From: Protoeuglena noctilucae
Lineage: Eukaryota
DNA length: 64,000 bases
Direction: 5' to 3'
Assembly: GCA_958009085.1 (NCBI GenBank)
Contig: OY253686.1
Location: forward strand, 124,001 to 188,000
Positions 34,297 through 48,580 of the stretch are shown here, in pieces. The position numbers and the translations under genes are program-made. The notes beneath the pieces are model-generated. The model was given only the letters and a program-made list of their open reading frames with translations, was not told the origin of the DNA and did not search any database. The stretch's first letter is position 1, and the number at the start of each line of letters is the position of its first letter.

Positions 34297-34768
34297 GCCG
34301 AGTCCCGTGAGCGGCGATCCGAAGCAAGCGAACGGTCAGTCAATCGATGCTAGATAGCGCGGGACGCGGGGCAGGGCAGGTGGGGCGGCAGCACTGGAGC
34401 AGCCTGCGCACGACGAGATGCAACCCTGCTTTGGGCAACCAGCAGCTGAGAGATAGCGTCGCGATCCCGATCTCGTCAGAACAGCTATCTTCCTCTGGCT
34501 TTGGGTGATGGAATGCAGCCAGCAACCCAACGCCGTCAGCGCGGCAGACGCAAGAAAGCGCCACCGAGAGTGAGGTCGATGAAGCTCCAGCGGCCGGGCC
34601 ACCCGCGTGGATGTGCGCGTGTGCAGTCGTGTAATCCATTCTCCCTTCCTACGCCCGCTCTCCTGTTCTCCCTACGCGGCAGTCCGTGCTGCCCCCTTCT
34701 GTCCTCGCTCCCGGCGGCCCTCTCGCCTCTGGCGCCGCAACCCGCTGATTTCGGAGACGTCAATAGCC

Positions 34769-37311
34769 ATGGCCGACCGGCCCAGCAGCCGCCTCGCCGT
34801 GCTGCAGGGCCACTTCGCGGAGGTCTGCAACTGCGCCGGAGTTTCCAGTGGCCCGGGAGGCTCGAATTCCTCGGAAAAGCCGGCCCTCGTCATCCTGGGT
34901 GGTTGTGTGATGGATGTGCAAGCTGCGCCCGGCCCCTCCCACTCCACCCAGGCGAGCCCAGCGCCCGACGGCAGCTGCGCATCGATGATGCATGCTCCCG
35001 CGCCCTGCATCTCTCCTGGCACCCGGCTGCAGCGCAGCTGCGCTTGCCGAGCATGCGCATTGACTCGGTCGCCCCGTCTGCCCCGCAGCCGGGCACCAGT
35101 GTGCCTGGTACGGTGCGGCTGAGCTCCGGCGGGGTGGGGCGCAACATCGCAGAGGGCGCGGCTCGCATCCTGCACGGTCCAGGCATCGCCGTGGCGGGCA
35201 AGGCATTCCCCAAGGGGCGCGTCCTGGTCGAAATGGTCAGGTCAGAATGCTGACACTGCCTTGTCTGCGTCACCCTATCACGTGGCAGGAGTGACATGCA
35301 TGATCTCTGTGTGCAGTCCTCGATCCAGCTTAACGCCCGCCCTTTCGGTTCCCCTGCAGTGCGGTGGGTAAAGACCCAGCGGGCGACACCCTCCTGGAGA
35401 GTCTGCGGCGCGTGGGGGTCAGCACGGCACACGTGCAGAGGTCTGACACTCTGCGCACGGCCATGGGTGAGGCCAGAGGAGGCGTGTTTGTGTGATGGCG
35501 GGGAGTGGGAGGGGGAAAAGGGGATGGGACGCAATGACAACGAGTTATGGCGTGCACAACATTGCATCACCCACCCGTCTATTCCATTCTCACCACCTTA
35601 CCTCGCGCCCTCACTCGCCTGCCTCTCACGTGCCCACCTCTCACTCGCCTGCCTCTCACGTGCCCACCCCTCGCCTTGAGCCCCGCAGTGTGTGCGATCT
35701 TTGGGTCGACGGGCGACATCGAGGGCTGCGTGGCTGACGTCAGCATCCTCGAGTCGGCCCTGAGCGAGGCGGCGCTGGAGAGCCCGCAGATCCAGGGACT
35801 GCTGAAGAGCGGGGCGGGGACTACGGTCGTCCTCGACGCCAACCTCGGGCCCGGGCCGCTAGTGCGTGGGCGTGGGTGTTGCTATGGCGATGGCGATGCG
35901 AGGGTTTGGGGGTGCCAGCCAAGGGGAAGGACATACATACATAATGATGAGGGGTCTGGTCTAGCGAGTCACTGAGTTTTGCGCCATGCTTTGTGCGACT
36001 GCATGTCGTCAACTGCAGCAACACCTCGCTCACCTCACATCCTCACCCTGCACCCCCCCTGCAGCGCAAGGCGGCAGCGATGGCCAAACAGTCCGGCTGC
36101 ACGGTGGTCGTGGAGCCCGTGTCAGTGGCCAAGTCGCGGCGCGTGACGCCCGAAGTGTTGAGACACACCGACTTCATCACGCCCAACATCGCGGAGGCGA
36201 GTGGGGAGAGAGGGCGGTCGGTCCTTATGTATGTGGACAAGGGAAGCGGATGAGGAACCTGGTATGACTGATGCTGGTTGTGCTGGTGATTGCATGCCAC
36301 CGCCTGCCCTCATCCCACCCCTCTTCTCATCCCCGCACCACCACACCTAAACCCCTCCCTCCCCCGCAGCTCCACGCCACCGCCTGCCCTCATCCCACCC
36401 CTCTTCTCATCACCATACAACACCACCTCTCACCCTGCCCTTCCCCGCAGCTCCACGCCATCGCCCGCCCCCTCCGCGGCTCCGGCAAGCCCGGCGAGAC
36501 GTCACAATCAACCCCCACGCCCTCCCCAACGAACAAGGAGGCGTTCGGTGCCGCTGATGCTCACTTCTACCTCAACAGCGCCGTCCGTGATTTGGCCGCC
36601 GTGCTTCGGACGGGGCTGGGGGCCGTGGTGCTCACGATGGGGGCCAGGGTGAGGGGCGCAGGGCGTGGTGTGGTGTGTGGCGGTGTGGGTGATGCGATGG
36701 GGGCTAGAGGGTGCGTCGTGTGATGGTGGGTGCTTGGCGTTGCTGCCCACAGCCACAGTCACCGCTCCCGGCCACGCTTGCAAAAGACACCGCTTTACGC
36801 CTCGCTCCGCCCATGCTTACATCCACAACCACTGCTCCCCGCCACGCTCGCAGGGCGCGGCGCTGTGTCGCCTCTCCCCCGACGGCAACCGCATCCGCTG
36901 CGTTCACGTCCCAGCCATCCAGGTCCCTGTGGTCAGCCTCATTGGCGCGGGGGACTGCCTGACAGCCGGGTTCGCATCGTGTCTGGCAAGGGGGACGGAT
37001 GATGAGACACTGGCGCTCGCCGTGGGGGTGGTGGCGGCGTCCAGGGTGAGAGATAGGAGCTGCGCGAGATGATGTGGGGCGTGACAGATGGGTGCTGTGC
37101 TTCGCTTTGTGGGTGTTTGTAACGCTCTGGGTCAGGAGGGGGCAGTGGTTGGTGCGGGTAGGGAATGCCGCGTCTGTCTGCCCCCCTCCCGCAGTCAGTT
37201 TCAAGCAGGGACAATGTGCCAGAAAACCTGGGCGCGTCGGGGCTGGTGGAGGAGTCGTGGAGGTGCCTGAGCAGCTGTAGACGGCTCAACTTCCGCATAC
37301 CCAACCCATGA
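34769..37311 (+). CDS. PfkB carbohydrate kinase, pseudouridine kinase-like, multi-exon
   Basis: GGVGRNIAE, VVLDAN, EPVSVAKS, ITPNIAEL, VSLIGAGDCL. Confidence 0.88.
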
Positions 37312-37857
37312 GTGCGCTTCAGCGTTGGAAGGCGCAATGATTGCAAGGAGCCATGATGTGTGACGCAAGCGCTTGGAATGGAGTGGCAACGTCGCATTGG
37401 CTGACTTGCAAAGAAGCAACGTCTTACCATGGTCCTTGCAGTTGCCAATAGGCTTGCTGCCAATGAACCAATTGTTGTCTTGGAGCGATTGCGGATCGCA
37501 GTTGTCGCATCACACACGTCTTCAACCACGCACGGAGGCTCCAAGCAGCCACTCAGCCGCTGGCCTCTACCCCCCTTCATCTATCTCAACCCCACAAACC
37601 CCACACATCACCCGCACGCGAGCCCCACCCCACACCGTCACCCCGCGCGTGCCACCACCCCACCCCTGTACCCCAGGCAGCTTCCCCAGACAAAGCGCCC
37701 GCCCAACCCCGTCACACTCGAACCCAGCCGCACCGCAGATGCACACCATAGGTGGCCTGAGGCGTCACGAGACGCCAGCAGCGCCCCCCCGGGTGTCACG
37801 GCGCGGCCATTCGCCCCAAAGACGCAAGCGCGCTAGGCAGCGTTACGCCCCCTTACT

Positions 37858-40579
37858 TCACGCGTCGTTGAGGGCGGCCACGCCGGGCAGCACACGGCCC
37901 TCGAGGAGCTCGAGGGAAGCACCGCCGCCCGTGGAGATGTGGGACATCTTGTCGGCCAGGCCGGCCTTCTCGACGGCCGCGACCGAGTCGCCGCCACCGA
38001 TGATGGTGATCACCTCGTCCGGGGTGTCCGCGAGGAGCTGGGCGATGGCGAAGGTGCCCTTGGCGAACTTGTCGAACTCGAACACGCCCATGGGGCCGTT
38101 CCAGATGACGCACTTGCACTCGCTGAGCTCCTTCTTGAACGTCTCGATCGAGTCGGGGCCGATATCCAGGCCCATCCAGCCGTCGGGGATCGCGTCGACC
38201 TTGACCGTCTTGGCGTTCGCCTCGGCGTCGAACTTGTCGGCCACCACCACGTCCGTGGGCAGCAGCAGCTTCACGCCCTTGGCCTTCGCCTTGGCCTCGA
38301 GCTCCCGGGCCAGGTCCACCTTGTCCTCCTCGACCAGGGACGAGCCCACCTTGAGGCCGCGGGCCTTGAGGAACGTGAAGACCATGCCGCCGCCGATGAT
38401 GAGCTTGTCGCACTTCTCCAGCAGCGACTCGATCACGCCGATCTTGCTCGACACCTTGGAGCCGCCCACGATGGCGCAGAAGGGGCGCTTGGGGTTCTTC
38501 ACCGCGCCGTCCAGGTAGTCGAGCTCCTTCTGGAGCAGGAAGCCGGCCACAGCGGGCTTGAGGAACTTGGTCACGCCCTCGGTGGACGCGTGGGCGCGGT
38601 GGGCCGTGCCGAACGCGTCGTTCACGTACAGGTCGGCGTTGGCCGCCAGCTTCTTGGCGAACTCGGCGTCGTTCGCCTCCTCCTCCTGTGATAGGAAAGA
38701 GGGCGGGGGGAGAGTGGGTACTGGTGTCTGTGAGTTGCGTGGGGTGGGGGCGAGGGTGCGGGGAGCTGTGCTGTGCTGAGGGTGCCGTACTGGTCGGCCT
38801 GGCGAGAGTGAGTGTGTGGGATCTCAAGCAACCCTACACCGCTGCGATGGCCTCAATGGGCGCCCCCACGGCACCCCCCGCCGCCCCTCACTTATCGCAT
38901 GCCGCCCCACCCACCCCTGCAGCTACTCGCCTTGTAGAAGCGGACGTTCTCGAGCAGCAGCACCGAGCCCTCGCCCATCTTGCTGACCATCTCGGGCACC
39001 TCGGCGCCGATGCAGTCCTTGGCGTACTCGACCGGCTTGCCCAGCAGCTCCTGCAGCCGGTCACGCACCGGGCCCAGGCGGTACTTGTCCTCGGGGCCAC
39101 CCTTGGGGCGGCCAAGGTGAGACGTCAGCAGGACCTTGGCGCCGTTGTCCATCAGGTACTGCGGGGACGGTGCGGGAGGGGCGTGTGAGTGAGAGATGCT
39201 GCGCGCCGTGTCGCTGTGGGTGCAGGAGCAGTTGCGGAGTGCGAGGGGGCCCCGCGCGCGGGTCGGGGGTGGGTTTGCTGTGGGAGAGGAGGGCTGGGAG
39301 CGGTGGACGCGTGTCGCGCGCGGCGAGCGGCGCACCTTGACGGTGGGGACGGCGGCGCGGATGCGCGTGTCGTCCGTAATCTTCATGCTCTTGTCGAGCG
39401 GGACGTTCAGGTCGGCGCGGACGAACACGCGCTTGCCCTTGAGATCCGCCGCCTTGAGATCGCCGACCCTGCGGGCGCGCGAGGGGCCGGGGCGCGCGAT
39501 CGCGGGAGGCAAAGGATGCCACCAGCTGGGGCGGCCGCGCGCGGCGTCGCGAGGGGGGCGATCCCGGCAACGATTGCGCGCTGCGCATACACGCGAGCAA
39601 ACGCAGCGGTGCCGATTGAGCGCGCGGCCAATGCACCCTCCGCGGCGCCCCGGCACTCACGACTTCTTCGCGGCCTCGACCGTCACCGAGGTGCGGCGGC
39701 CGACCGAGCGGATGGACACCGAGTACGCGGCATCCACGAAGGTGGGGGCCACGGGCGCGGCGCGCAGGCCGTTGAACTGGACGGCCTGCGAGGGCGGGCA
39801 GCCGTTGCAGCCTGGTGGGCGGGCCGATCGACGCGAGAAGGCTCGCGACGGACGAAAAGGACGCACGGGGCCCTCAAGTCAAGCGCCCAGCGCTCCCTTT
39901 ACGCGGGAGAACCGGCTAAAGGCGCCCCGGGGGCCGAGGTGCCCGCGCGCGACGAGGGACAATGGGGGGGACACGACCCGCGCAGCGCAAGCGTGGCCGA
40001 CGAAGCAACGTCGGCACGGCAGGCATCGGGGCTCAGAGGGCCGGACCGCGACGGTTGCCGCCGCTCAAGGCTGGGCGCCCCTGCGCGTGCCCAGGAGCGC
40101 CGGGACCGGGCCAGACCGCGCGACGGCGAAAAATCGGCGCGTGGGAAACCGCAACGCATCCGAGCGGTGCCCCCGGCGCCACGGACGCGCCCCGGGGCCC
40201 GGTCGTTGCCTGGGGGAGCAGGAGCGGTGCCGGGCTGCCGGCACCCCGCGCCGGGTTCGATCTCCGCAACGACCGGCGCGGGACGCATAAATCCTTCTAA
40301 TCTACGCGAGGACAAGGGAGCCGGGCGCGCAGATGCCCCAGACACGGTATCCGGAGAGCGCCACAAAAACAAGCGGCCGCATCTGGGTCGCGGGAGCCAC
40401 GAGAGGGCGCGCGGGGGGCAGGAGGAGGTGGTGCTACCATTTCGTGTAACGACGCGAGGGAGAGGCCGGCCGCGCGTGGCGCGGATGGCGCGGCTCACCC
40501 GGACCGAGCGCGTCGCCCGCGCCTGGACGCGGACGCCCGCCACGCGGGGCGCAGGAGCGAACGAGACCGCAAACGCCAT
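37858..40579 (-). CDS. PGK: Phosphoglycerate kinase, chloroplast type, multi-exon
   Basis: [56 protein letters not shown]; transit-peptide-like first exons. Confidence 0.97.
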
Positions 40580-40890
40580 GGTTCTTGCTGCCGAGACGGG
40601 ACATGGGAGCGCGGGGCCCTCGCAGAGGCCATATGAAGGGCCGGGCAGCGTCTGGCAGGTTGTTTCTGGCCCCACAGGTGTGCCGCAGCGCTGCGGGGCA
40701 TTCGAGGCCCGTTCTGGACGGCCGTTAGGTGCTGCCATCGCTACGGTTCCGGCATTGTCGCCGCACGCCTTCCCGGGACCCTCCCGCCGTGGACTGAGGT
40801 GCCCCAAGAAGCGCAACGTTACGGGCCCGCGTGAGGGGCCCGTGGGCCGCAGTCCGGCGCGCTCTGCGATAGAGGTCGGGAGAGGTACCG

Positions 40891-43800
40891 ATGGACAACG
40901 CCCCTGGATCTCCCGTGGGCGGCTCCGACGATGGCAGGGTGGGCCTTGCAGGGCCTTGCAGCGAGCCTGCTGCGGGCGAGTGCCGCGGATCGGGGGGCTC
41001 AGCGCGTTGGCTGAACGTCACAGATGACGCAGATCCCAACCTGCCTCGTCGCCGATCGCGAACGCCGCTCCCCGCGATCGTTTTGTGTGCATGACGCAAA
41101 CACGCGAGCCCTCCCGCTTTTACTGCAGGCGGAGCCGCCCATGGCCCCGCGGAGGCGATTACGGGCATTCCCGAGGACGTGGAGGACAAGGAGGAATGGG
41201 CGCTGCTGATGGTCGGGCTCGCCAAGGGGGCGTTGACGCAGGTGTGGCGATGGTGGGAGGAATGCGCGCCCCCCCGGCCGCGCCCGCCCCTCGCCGCGCG
41301 CGATGCAAACGCATTTCGTTCACGCTCAGATGGAGCTGGCGCTTTTCGCTTCGGAGGACGAGCAGGCTTCTATCTGGCGGTGCGGTCGCGTCTCGTGCTT
41401 CTCTGGGCCCAAGACATCGGCCGTTACTTGACGGAGCGCGAGTGCCTGCGCGACGAGGCTGCAGTAGAAGCGGCGAAGGGGTCTCTAATCCTCGTGTCGC
41501 GCGCGTGGCACCTCCTCGACACGTGCGGCCACATCAACTTTGGCGCTCCCATGCCTGCCGATGACCTCGCCAACGACTCCCACCGCTCGGCTCTGGAAGA
41601 GGCCGCGGACGAGTACGAAGCCCAGACACCCAAGGCGAGGCCGGGGCGGATGCGTGTGTCACTCTGTGGCACATTCGACACAAGCGTGCGTGAGGGGTTG
41701 AGTGCGGGTGCATGCGTCCTGCTCGAGTGACATGTGACAGTCTCTGGTCCTACTCGTACTCTTGATCGACCGCTTGACAGATACTCTATTATAGTATGTA
41801 TCATTCTTTGTTCACTCACCAGTGACGCGTCCCACGCAGCCGGACCCGAAGGACCCCGCGGTAGTCGCATGGGTGACGAGTGAGGTGGTCAAGACCCTGG
41901 ACGTCAACACTGCGACGGAGAAGTCGGTGCGGGTGGCGGTGTGCGAGAGGCTGGGTTTGGCGAGCAAGGAAGACCAGAAGGCGGTCAAGAAGGTCATATC
42001 GGGGGTGGTGGAGGAGTGGCTGGAGGGGAAGGTGTCGGTGAAGAGGCCGCGGGCGGTGCGGGAGGCGGAGGAGGCTAACGAGAGGGCCAGGGAGATGCGG
42101 GAGGTGGGGGAGGTGAGTGGGGGTGGGGGGGAGGGCGAGGGCGGTGGGGGAGGTGCGGAGGTGAGGAAGGCGAGAGGTGGGGATGCTGAGTACCCTCAAC
42201 CCCACCTCACCATCCCTTTCACAACCACCCCTCTGTCGGTGTCTCACTCTCACTCTCTTCCAATACCCCACCCCTTGCCCCCTGCAGCGTCAGCGGGAGG
42301 CGCACGCTGCCCTGCGCTCCCGTCCGGTGGTGGTGGTGGGGGCGGGGCTGGCGGGGCTGGGCGCGGCGCTGCACTTGGCGTTGCGGGGAGTGCCAGTGAC
42401 GGTGGTGGAGGCGGGGGACAGGGTGGGGGGCCGCGTGTGCACTGCCAAGGGGGCAGGCATGACGGCGGGGTGAGCGCATGGGTGGGGTGTCGGTGTTGTG
42501 CCATTGCGGTGCTTTAATCACACACTGCAACCTCACCCTCACTGCCACCCTCATTGCCATCCTCACCCTCACTGCTACCCCCACCCCCACCCTCACTGCT
42601 ACCCCCACCCCCACCCCCAGTGTGGACCTGGGTGCCTCCGTGATCCTCGGCCTGACCCCCGACCCCTCCGCCGCCAAGCGCCCCGACCCATGCGCCCTCC
42701 TCGCCCAGCAGCTACGCCTCACCACGTGCCACTTATCTGACGACGTGGCTGTCATCGATCCGTCCACCGGCGCACCCCTATCGGCGACTGACGATGACAG
42801 GATCACCGCTCTGTTCGATGTAGCCACTACTGATGCGGCTACCCGGGTCCATGCCTTGGGGGCGGAGGGCGTGAAGGGGGAGTCCCTGGGGAAAGCCGTG
42901 GATTTCAGCATCGGGAAGAGCTACCGATTGCCGTGGCCGCCTGTGAATGGGGGTGGGGGTGGTGGGGGTGCGGGTGGTGGTGTGGGTGCTGGGGTGGGCG
43001 GTGGTGTTAATGGTAGTGGGGGTGGGAATGCGAACGCGAGTGCCAGTGTAGAGGAGCCGGACAGTGGGGCTGGGGATGCTGATGTGCCTCCGCCACCGCC
43101 CCCACCGCCATTAGAGGGAGAGGGGCAGGGCGGGGAGAGCGCCAGTGGGGTGGGTGCGGGTGCGGGTGCGGGTGGTGGCAGCGCGGGTGCGATTGGTGGT
43201 GGCAGTGGTGTAAGCGAGGCGGAGGGTCGTGAGAGGAGGGACCGTCTGTTGCTGGACTGGCACTTGGCGCATCTGGAGCACGTGTACGGGGCACCGCTGG
43301 TGAGGGACAGAAGATGGGGTGGGGCGATACGAATGGTAGTGAATGGGTCGATAGGTGAGCAAAGAAGTCTTAGTTGTTCATGGCTGTCATGTATGTGTGC
43401 TCATGTTGCTTCCATCTCCACTGCCACCCCCACTGCTGCCCCCACTGCCACCCCCACCCACATCTCTCCCCCCCCAGTCCCGCATATCCCTGGCTCTCCA
43501 TGAAGACCCCGAAGAGTCCGGGGGCGGCTTCGGTGGCCCACCTGCCGGCGTGGTGGGTGGCATGGCGATTCTGGCAGAGAGACTGGCAGAGAGGCTCAGG
43601 GCATTCCCGGGGGTGACGGTGCGGCTGGGATGCCCCGCGACGGCGGTGGAGTTTCTGCAGGGAGACGGGACGGTGGCGGTGGTCGTGGGGGGTGGCGGTG
43701 CGGGTGCAGGTGCGGGTGCGGATGGTGCCAATGGCAATGCCACAGCAACAACAGTCAAAGGCACCACCAATGGCGTCGGGAATGGCAACGGTGGCAACGA

Positions 43801-46800
43801 TTTCGACAACAAGGACCCTCCTCACCCCAGCCCCTCCACCAACGCCACCGCCACTGCCCCCCATACAGCCCATGCCCACCTGAGTGCCCACCACCACCAG
43901 AGTCCCTCCGAGCGCCTGCCCGGGTCTGCGGTCGTGGTGACGTGTCCCCTGGGCGTGCTTGCTGCTGACAAGGTCGCATTCCGGCCCCCTCTGCCCTCGT
44001 ACAAAACCCAAGCGATGGCGCGGACGGGGAGGGGTGCATTGGACAAAGTGGCTTTGGAATTCGAATTCGATTTCTGGAGTTATGTGGTGGGGGAGGGGGT
44101 CAGCATTGGGGTGCCCAGGCCAGGTGAGGGCGGGCGGTGGTGGTGGGGATGGGTGCAGGGATGGTGGGGTGGGGTGGGGGGGGGTGGGGGTGGCAGAGAG
44201 GGTGTCCAGTATGACCTTTGCTGCGTGCAGAAAGCAGTGACTATCATCCCCTTTGCCCTGACCGCCACTGTCACCCACACTGCCACCCTCACCTGCACTC
44301 CCACTCTCACTGCTACCCTCACCACCTCCCCCCATCTCACAACCCCTCTCATCCCCCCTCTCTCCCCCCCCCTCCCCCCAGGCGGCCCCCCCACCCGCGG
44401 CGACTGCTTCATGTTCCTGCCCTGCGCTGCGGTGGGTGCCCCACGCACGCTGGTGGCGGTGCTGTCGGGGGAAGCGGCAGAGGCAGCTGAGAGTATGGGG
44501 GACGAGGAACTGGTGAGGGGGATATGAAATGAGTTATACGCGTCATAATATGATAGATGTTACACTACGAGTATGGATTGAGGTGGGTGGAGGGGGCGGA
44601 GGGGATGGGGGACGAGGAACTCTTGAGGGGCGATATGATGTCTTACATTAACACAGAATGGTTGAAGGGGACACAGGTGACGAGTTGGTAAGCCACCCCA
44701 CCCTTTCCCTAACTTACCCGCACCCGCACCCACCCCTTCCCCCTCTCTTGCCACCTCACCCTCACCCCCACTCCCAACCCCCTCCCCCCTCAAAACGCAG
44801 GCCCTCCACGCCACCTCCGCCCTCCGCTCCGCCCTGGCCCCCTCCCACATCGCCGTCCCCCACCCCATCGCCCACGCACGCTCGCGCTGGCACGCCCACC
44901 CCCACTCCCTCTGCGCTCACGCCTACGCCACGGTTCAATCTCAAATAGGCGATCCGGATAAGCTGGCTGACCCGGCTCATCGGGGCACGGTGCTGTTTGC
45001 GGGGGAGCACACCGTAAGGGCGCACGCCAACACGGCGGGGGGGGCGGTGCTGAGCGGAGTGAGGGAGGCGGCGAGGATTCTGGCGCAGGGAGTGCCGGGT
45101 GAGGGGGGGGTGGGGATGAGGGGGGTGTTGTGGTGTGGGGTGGGAGTGCGTGGGGTTGGTGGTGGGGGTGGCGGTGTCGGTGCAATGCGTGGGCTGGGCT
45201 GGCTGAGTGAAGATTATTGGGTTTGTGTTATATAGCGCCGACTGTCGTTTGTTACAACTCGACCCACTCACCACACCACCCCACTCCACTCCCACTCCCC
45301 ACCCCTCACACCCTCTCCCCACCCCTCACACACCCCACCTCTCACACCCCTCACACACCCCAACCCCTTACACGCCCCCCCTTCACCCCCCCCAGGTCTG
45401 TCCGACCTCCGCCTGACCCACCACTTCAACCTCTTCCACCTCTCCCCCTCATCTGCCGTTCACAATGGCGATGTGATCGATGGCGCGTCGCGGCTGGTGT
45501 CGGGGCTGTACGGTCGGACGGTAGATGAGGCGGTGGGGGCGGGGGAGGGGGAGGGGGGGAGGAAGAGGGAGAGGGAGAACGATCTGGAGGACTGGGATGA
45601 GGAGGATGAGGTGAGGGGTGGGGTAGAGTGGATGGTTGGTACGTGCAACTGCAAATGCACTCAACACCACCCTCACTGCCACCCCCACTGCCACCCTCGC
45701 TCACCCTCAGCCCACCCCCACCCTCCCCTCTCCCCCCAGCTCCCCAGCCGTGCCAAGCGCGGCCGCATGGATGAGGAGGGGGAGGATGCGGCCATGTACC
45801 GGCAGCTGCAAATGAAGGACAGAGAGGGGGGGAGGGACGTGAAGAGGGTCATTCGGTGAGGGGAGAATGCGATTGGATGATAGGATAGATAATGCCGACA
45901 GATGGGTTGATGGAGAGATGTGAAGCGTGGCAATGGCTGTGCTGCACCCACCCCCTCCCACCTCACCTTCCCCCCTTCCCACTCCCTCACCCCCACCCCC
46001 ACTGCCACCCTCACTGCTACCCCCACCCTCACTCCCTCACCCCCCCTCACCTTCCCCCCCCAGCGCCATCGATGCCGCTGCCTCGGGCGACCCCGGCTCA
46101 TTGTCAGAGCTGCTGCAGGGCTGCCAGTCCGTGTCATCGCGCGTCCACGTGTTGCACGTGCTCAGACAAGTGCCCAGGCAGCTGCCGAGGCTGGGGAAGA
46201 CGCACGACCTGCTGGCCGCCATGGCCGAGTGGGTCAAGGTGAGAAGGATTGGGGCAGGAGTGGAGGTACTGATAATACAAGATGGTCATTTTCATTTTTT
46301 ATCATTCAAATGCAAACATCTTCCCCCCATCTACCTTCCCCCCAGCACCTCAGCCACCCCGAGCACGAGCCCCACCTGCTGTGCCTCCTGCAACTGCTTT
46401 CTGACATGCGCCTGACTCGCGCTGTCATGGAGGAGTACGGCATATGGGGCGAAATACTGCACAACGTGTGTTTCGGGAAAGCCTACAAAGAGGCGAGGGA
46501 GGTGGCGAGGAGGTTTCTGACGGAGAGGATGGGGGAGGAGGAGGCGGTGAAGGCAAGGATTGGGGGGGCGAGGGGGGGAGGGGAGGGGAGGGGGGGGAAG
46601 GGGGGGAGAAAGACGGAGAGGGAGAAAGAGACGGGTGAGGTGGTGGTGGTGGGGGGTGGTGTTTGTGTGGTGTTGGTGTTAGGTGTGTGTGTGATGGGGT
46701 GGGTGTGGTGGGGTGAGTGTAGTGTATGTGGTCGGGGGAGAGGGAGAGGGAGACGGGTGAGGGGGTTGGATGGGCAGAGGGGTGTGTGTGTTGTGCGAGA

Positions 46801-48203
46801 ACTATTCAGTTTGGTCTTTCTACCGTGAACTGACTGTGGCTGCAATGACTATGACTACTGCTATTATAACTACAATCATGACTATTATCACTATGACTGT
46901 GACTATGTCTCATCGTCTCTCTCACAGACGAGGACATTCGTCGTCAGCTGTTGGAGGGTGACCCGGAGATCCGCGAGCAGATGAGGGAGGCGGAGAGATT
47001 GAGGAGGGAGGCGGAGGAAATGGAGGAGGGGGGTGTGCAGGTGAGGGGGTGGTGGGGGTGACATAGTGATACATAATGTATTACTGTGATGGAATGGTGA
47101 TGGAGAGGCTGAGGAGGGAGGCGGGAGATGGGGGGAGAGATGGGGGGCCAGGTAAGGGGGGTGAGTAGTGAGGTGGTAATCAGGTGGTAATCGGTACTGT
47201 AATGGATCGTTGTTTGCATTCGTGCTTTTGCTTGATCGCTCACGCACCCCACATTCCTCTCCCCCACTTACACACCCCCACCCCCTCCCCTCCCCTCCCC
47301 CGCAGTCCGTCACTCCCACCGAGCTGCCATCTTTCGACGATTTCAAAAACCCACGGAGCAGATCCGAAAAGCCACAGGGCACACAGGGCAAGGGTGGCCC
47401 ACAGAAGCGAGGGCAGGAGGAGAGGGGGGCGGGGAGAGGGGGTGGGAGTGGGAAGGGGGAGGGTGTTAAGGGGGATGGGGAGAAGGGGGGAGGTGGGAGC
47501 AAGAGGGATGGGGGGTCGCAGAAGGGTGGTGGGAAAGGCAACGGGGGGAAGGGGGAGGAGTCCGAGGCGCACCGGTGAGTGACTGATTGTTTTGTTATTA
47601 TTGATATTTATACTGAATTTGTTAGAAATGCAAATATCATCACTCGGCGGGCTGTGCATGTACGAGGCTATCTCTTAGTATTGTTGATTACAATCATTCC
47701 ACATTATATCATTCTCTCCTCTCCCATGTTACCCCCAGCCTGGTCCGCAAGGAGGTGGACAAGTACGTGCGCGGCAAGCTGCGGCAGGGGATGGCGCAGG
47801 GCAAATACCCGGATTTGAAAGAGGAGGACGTGGAGGGGGTGGCGAGGAAGGCGAGGGAGGGGGGGATGGGTGTGGGTGGAGTGCTGTTTGATATTGCGTG
47901 TTATGATATTGGTAATTATAGTTATAATTATGATGGTTGTACGATTACTGCATAGACGTGGGCACAGAGCGTACGCAAATATTGCACAGTAATTATGGTA
48001 CACTTTTATTATAGTTACAGTATATTATAATATGAACGTATCATAATATCATCACCTTCCCTCTTCCCCAACTCCCCCAGGTGTCGGGCGAGGTGTCGGA
48101 CCGTGAGTGGCGTCACTGGCAGCCGGGAGTGCCTTTCCTGACCAGCGAGAGGAAGGAGCGCATCAACAAGTTCGCGTACAAACTGGTGAAGAAGGGGAAG
48201 TAA
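40891..48203 (+). CDS. Flavin amine oxidase / LSD1-like (LDL3-like) chromatin protein, multi-exon; start uncertain
   Basis: VVVVGAGLAGL..EAGDRVGGRV, VDLGAS, LLDWHLAHLE, VVVTCPLGVL, LFAGEHT..GAVLSGVREA; DEK-C-like exon at ~41850. Confidence 0.8.
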
Positions 48204-48580
48204 GAGTAAGGGTTGAACAGGGATGGGGGTGTGAAAGAGTGGGGAGGGTGGAGGGGGTTGGGAGCGGTGATGGGATTGCAGTGATGGTGTAGGAAGGCAC
48301 ACGTTGTGCCGATGCGCGGTCGATGATCATTTGAACATCGAGAGAGAGTTGGAAGAGATGCGACTATTGATTTTCGCTTTCAAATATGACGAATATCCAC
48401 TTACGAAATCAAGCAATGTTAATGCTAAGAGCAGACTATCACATACATCGTCACGTTCGTTACTACGCCATTTCCCACCCATGCTAACACTGGCCCCCCA
48501 TCCCTCACCCTCCCCTCACAGCTCTGCTTTGCCGATCTCCCCACCCCCCATCTCCCCCCATCTCTCAAACACCCTCCCCC

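Noticed and set aside
39189..41027. 612-aa plus-strand ORF and similar long Arg/Ala/Gly/Pro ORFs (e.g. 25368..26768, 29353..30633, 37373..38518)
   Set aside because: Shadow frames antisense to real genes in very GC-rich DNA
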